Assembly: GCA_001949185.1 (NCBI GenBank)
Contig: BDGG01000020.1
Span: 62,001 to 126,000 of the forward strand
DNA from: Ramazzottius varieornatus
Lineage: Eukaryota; Animalia; Tardigrada
Direction of reading: 5' to 3'
Length of the DNA: 64,000 bases
Shown here one piece after another: positions 60,586-64,000 of this stretch; position 1 is the first letter of the stretch, and every line of letters begins with the position of its first letter. Both the position numbers and the translations under genes were made by a program. The notes below the pieces were generated by a model that searched no databases, was not told the DNA's origin, and was given only the letters and a program-made list of their open reading frames with translations.

Positions 60586-63500
60586 TCAGTGCCACTCGAT
60601 GTCCACAATATACCGAATCCGAACTGACAAGTACAAATACACACAGCAACTAGAGGATATTCCGGGGAAAAACGCCATCAAGTTGGGGCAGTTAAGGTTG
60701 TAAATTCCAGGCCGAAGTCCTTGGAATGCAAAATAGGAAATGAATTCCTAATATTCCTATATTCCTATTACCTTCTCCAGAACGTCCTCGCAAAAATCTA
60801 GAATTCCAAGCTCTCATTTGCCAGTTTAGTTCTTTTCACATACCCATTGAAAACAGTAAACATGATCTGAAGTCTTCAGAAAATATAGGTTTCGAGACTG
60901 AAAGCCAGCTGGAGATTAGCCGATCCGAACTTTCGGTCCGGTCAGACCTGACCTTCCAAGGGAAAATCAAGGACTTACGCACAGTTGAATGCGCCGCATT
61001 CTTTAGTGCGACGGATCGAAAATGTTATTGGTCGTTCAACTGAACGACCAATTAGCCTCAGTGGTACGCATGTGTGAGCCAGCATCGGGTTCAGTTTTCT
61101 GACACGATCTGCTGGATCTTCGACTGTTTACTTCGTGGATTTCCTAAATTTTATACGATTTTTGCTATCTTCCAAATAGGAATTCCACCGTTCCGAACAG
61201 CTACCCTTGGAACGGAATTCCAGGAATGGAACGGAATTTGGAAAGGAATGGAATTAGGAATTTACAACCTTAGGGGCAGTGGAAACGCACCTTGGCTTTC
61301 GCGGTAAACAAGGTATTCACTCTTGTCGAAGGAGCTCCCGGCATACTGCTTGCGTTTTACTGGCGCCGCCTGGGGAACTATCACGTCTTTGCCGTCTAGC
61401 TTCAACATCACATCCGATTTCTCATCTGCAGCAAACCCAACACACTTCGTTGATGCCAACTTCCTCAGCATACACATGCTAAAATTTATAACTAAACAAT
61501 CGATGGGGGAAATGCACAATGTTCTGACCGGGCTCGAACTGTCCACGAGCGACCACCGAATCGTGTCCCTTCGGTGCTTCCTTCAAACTACTATCATCCC
61601 GCGTAATCTCGTATTCCTTCCCCAGCGCCACCTCATTCAGGAACATTAGACCTCGTTTTCCAGCCGGTCGAGCTAAAACAACGGAGACACATTCAGCTTC
61701 GTTTTTACACTGGTTGTTATTGATAAATGGCTGAACTTACTGTAAGCGGCAGATTTGGCGTTCTCGGAAGCGAAGTAGATGCCGCGACCCACGCGACCGC
61801 CACTGTGCGGCATGATACGCAGACCAGTCTTCAAGATGGCGGCCACCACGGCCACGTTGGTTCCATGCCACAGCAACTTCCGATGGTCCAAGGAGTCATG
61901 TGCCCGGAAGCGCGAGTCTTCGCCCTCACGATCTACCATCCAGATATTCTGCAGCTTCAGTCCTCCATCAGAGGAAGGACCCTTTGTACTGTCGAAATAC
62001 TTCTGCAGAACCTGTCAACAGAACTGGCTGGTTAAAAGGTAGACCGGGTGAGAATAACATTTCGTACTTTGTAGTCGTTGGATGAATGTAGCAGGTGTTT
62101 CAAGATGCATTTTAGGAGGCCATACTGGACGTCAAGTGGGTGTTGTTCGTCTTCATCTTCGTTCTTGACGCTTTTCTGTAACGACTGGGCGATTTCAATG
62201 TCTCCTAGGGTCGCCAAGTCGTCGAACTTTTGCTGGACTTCTTCTAGGGTGGCGATGGTCGGAGGAACGTTCCGGCCAAAGTCGTGAGGAATCACGGTGT
62301 AGAACTGGCTGGAGAGCTGGGCCAAGTTGCCCTCACCACTTTGTATCCTAGAGAAAGCAACAACATTTAAAGTAACCAGCGAAATAATTAAATTTTAGTT
62401 GTAATATGATTACTCACGCTTTTTCGATGTCTTCCAGTGCTGTGAAGCCTTTAGCAATTTGGGCTTTGCTGAGCTTTCCTAATGGCATTTTCTTCGTATC
62501 CAACCTCAGCTTAAAATGCGACAACTTGCTATTACAGTCCGGTCGATCGAAATCTGGTACCTATTTCTCCGATTTTGTTTTGAAGTCTGCTATACATTCG
62601 CCATACAGCACGACAAGCCAAGGCCGAAATTACGTTACACATAAATGACACCGTAGCTTTACTGTTGTGGTCAAGTAATCAACCCGCATGTGGACCGGCT
62701 GTGTTGGTATGGCTCGCAGTATCGTTAATTTTGCATGATTTCTTTATTTTGAAATCGCAAAATTAGGTACCAGATTTCGAGCGACCGGACTATATCATTC
62801 CACACCTGGAAATTTAGCGCCATTCAACATATCAGAAAGGTACAGTACCTCTTTCATGGTGCCTTGAAACATGTCCGTGTCGAAAATCAACTGAACCAAT
62901 TTCTGCGTGACTTCGTCGAGCGAACATTTGACGGACGACTTCGCCGTCTAAGCGATAAAACGCAGCCAGATGAAAGTCGTCTTAGAAATAATGCATTTCC
63001 ATGTGTGAGGTAGTTGATGATATGTGTGGTAGAAAAAGAAAGAAGCGATTACCTTCTTCGGCGTTTCGACAACTGCGCCAACAGCATCTGCAGGTTCCTC
63101 GTCTTCTTCGTCAGCTGCTGCCATCTCCAGCATCTGGTACTTTTTGGGCTTGATCTCAAAGTTGTCACGGTCCGTCCAAGCGTTCCCTGTCTTGTCCTTG
63201 AACTTCTTCTCGAAGAAACTCATGGCAGCTTTTAAAGCGAAGGGTCCCTCGAAACTACACTGTCCGGGCTCCGACTAAAATGAGCAGACGTGTACGAATA
63301 ATTATTGCTCGCATATTGTTTCAAAAATCTGTGAATGTAAACCGTGAGACGGAAACTTACAACACGCCCCCACTTTGTGAAGACGTCGTACTGTCCATCG
63401 TGCCTTTCCAGGAGTTGACCCACGTAGAACTTGTTGTTGTTGTGTCCAATGTTGGTTTGGTTCAACATGAAAGAACAGTCTTCGTGGACCTACGGGCAAA

Positions 63501-63798
63501 AAACATCGTTGTCCAGATTGCAGCGTGTAAGATCGCGAAGACTTCTTTTTCTTACCTGCTCATACGTCAAGGGGGCTTCGAACTGAACGCGATCATCGAT
63601 CTTGTATGTCATTTTCTTACATTTCGATCCACCGGAAGTTGCTGCTTTGTTGTCGGGAACCCCGCTTTTGGAGCATTGAAGGTGATCGATCGCTTGTTGG
63701 AACGTGCTCTTGTTGGTCGAACCTTTGGGAGTTGTTTTCTTCGCTGGAGGACTTTCGTCTTCTTCTTCCTCCCTATCTTCTTCCCTAACTTTACCATC
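60586..63798 (-). CDS. PARP3: PARP3-like ADP-ribosyltransferase (WGR + helical regulatory + catalytic domains); first exon not resolved
   Basis: MLNQTNIGHNNNKFY..KWGRV; FEKKFKDKTGN.W; KMPLGKLSKAQIAKG; LSSQFYTVIPHDFGR; LLWHGTNVAVVAAILKTGLRIMPHSGGRVGRGIYFASENAKSAAY; SEYLVYRESQ|VRIRYIVDIEWH* (H-Y-E triad intact). Confidence 0.93.
60693..61272. mobile_element. hAT-type MITE, family A copy 2, in the last intron of PARP3
   Basis: TIR taaggttgtaaattcc/ggaatttacaacctta; perfect 8-bp TSD GGGGCAGT. Confidence 0.93.
62535..62792. mobile_element. TA-flanked CAGT-TIR MITE in a PARP3 intron
   Basis: cagtccggtcgatcgaaatctggtaccta / taggtaccagatttcgagcgaccggact. Confidence 0.8.
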
Positions 63799-64000
63799 TG
63801 CAAACCACAAGAAAATCAAACGCACAAAAAATCAGCTCGACCATGATAATTTCAGTGCATCCAGTCAAAGTGAGCCCCTTCACACACGCGTCATGCGCAG
63901 CACTTCAAACCCTAAACGCTGCAGTAACTCGGTACGTAACCAATACTAACTGTGGTTTTCGGGCAAGCTCACGAACTTAAAACCAGGAAGTGATGTACGT

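Noticed and set aside
61262-61546. Apparent truncation of PARP3 by the MITE
   Set aside because: A GT donor precedes the MITE and a downstream exon (60586-60623) supplies the conserved RIRYI end, so the gene is intact.
49125-63798. A DNA-repair gene cluster (RMI1 plus PARP3)
   Set aside because: Only two genes, about 10 kb apart and separated by unrelated genes; expected by chance in a gene-dense genome.

Overview
Gene-dense, intron-containing animal genomic DNA with short GT-AG introns and one 50-N gap at 5138-5187. A tardigrade source is my inference from the compact introns, an ANF-receptor-domain gene and a divergent ionotropic receptor; it is not proven. Recognisable spliced genes are NDUFS3, MFSD1, a BTB/POZ gene, a truncated ANF-receptor/receptor-guanylyl-cyclase-type gene, vanin/biotinidase, three tandem MARVEL genes, a divergent ionotropic receptor, a sulfotransferase pseudogene, MPP10, an RMI1-like gene lacking the C-terminal OB fold, Rab escort protein, an astacin-hemopexin fusion protease, a PARP3-like gene and several orphans. 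Intergenic and intronic DNA carries many DNA transposons: a full-length dead hAT (8-bp TSD), a dead DD37D/maT element, Merlin- and pogo-like remnants, Helentron-like units and about ten MITE families, several nested. The most notable observations are the astacin+hemopexin architecture, a ~60-bp palindromic unit found in introns of six unrelated genes, a perfect 49-bp inverted repeat bracketing 8 kb, an NPR-C-like decoy receptor, truncated RMI1 and a disordered tail on NDUFS3. Exon boundaries were read by eye and are approximate. No prokaryotic-type system (CRISPR etc.) was seen.
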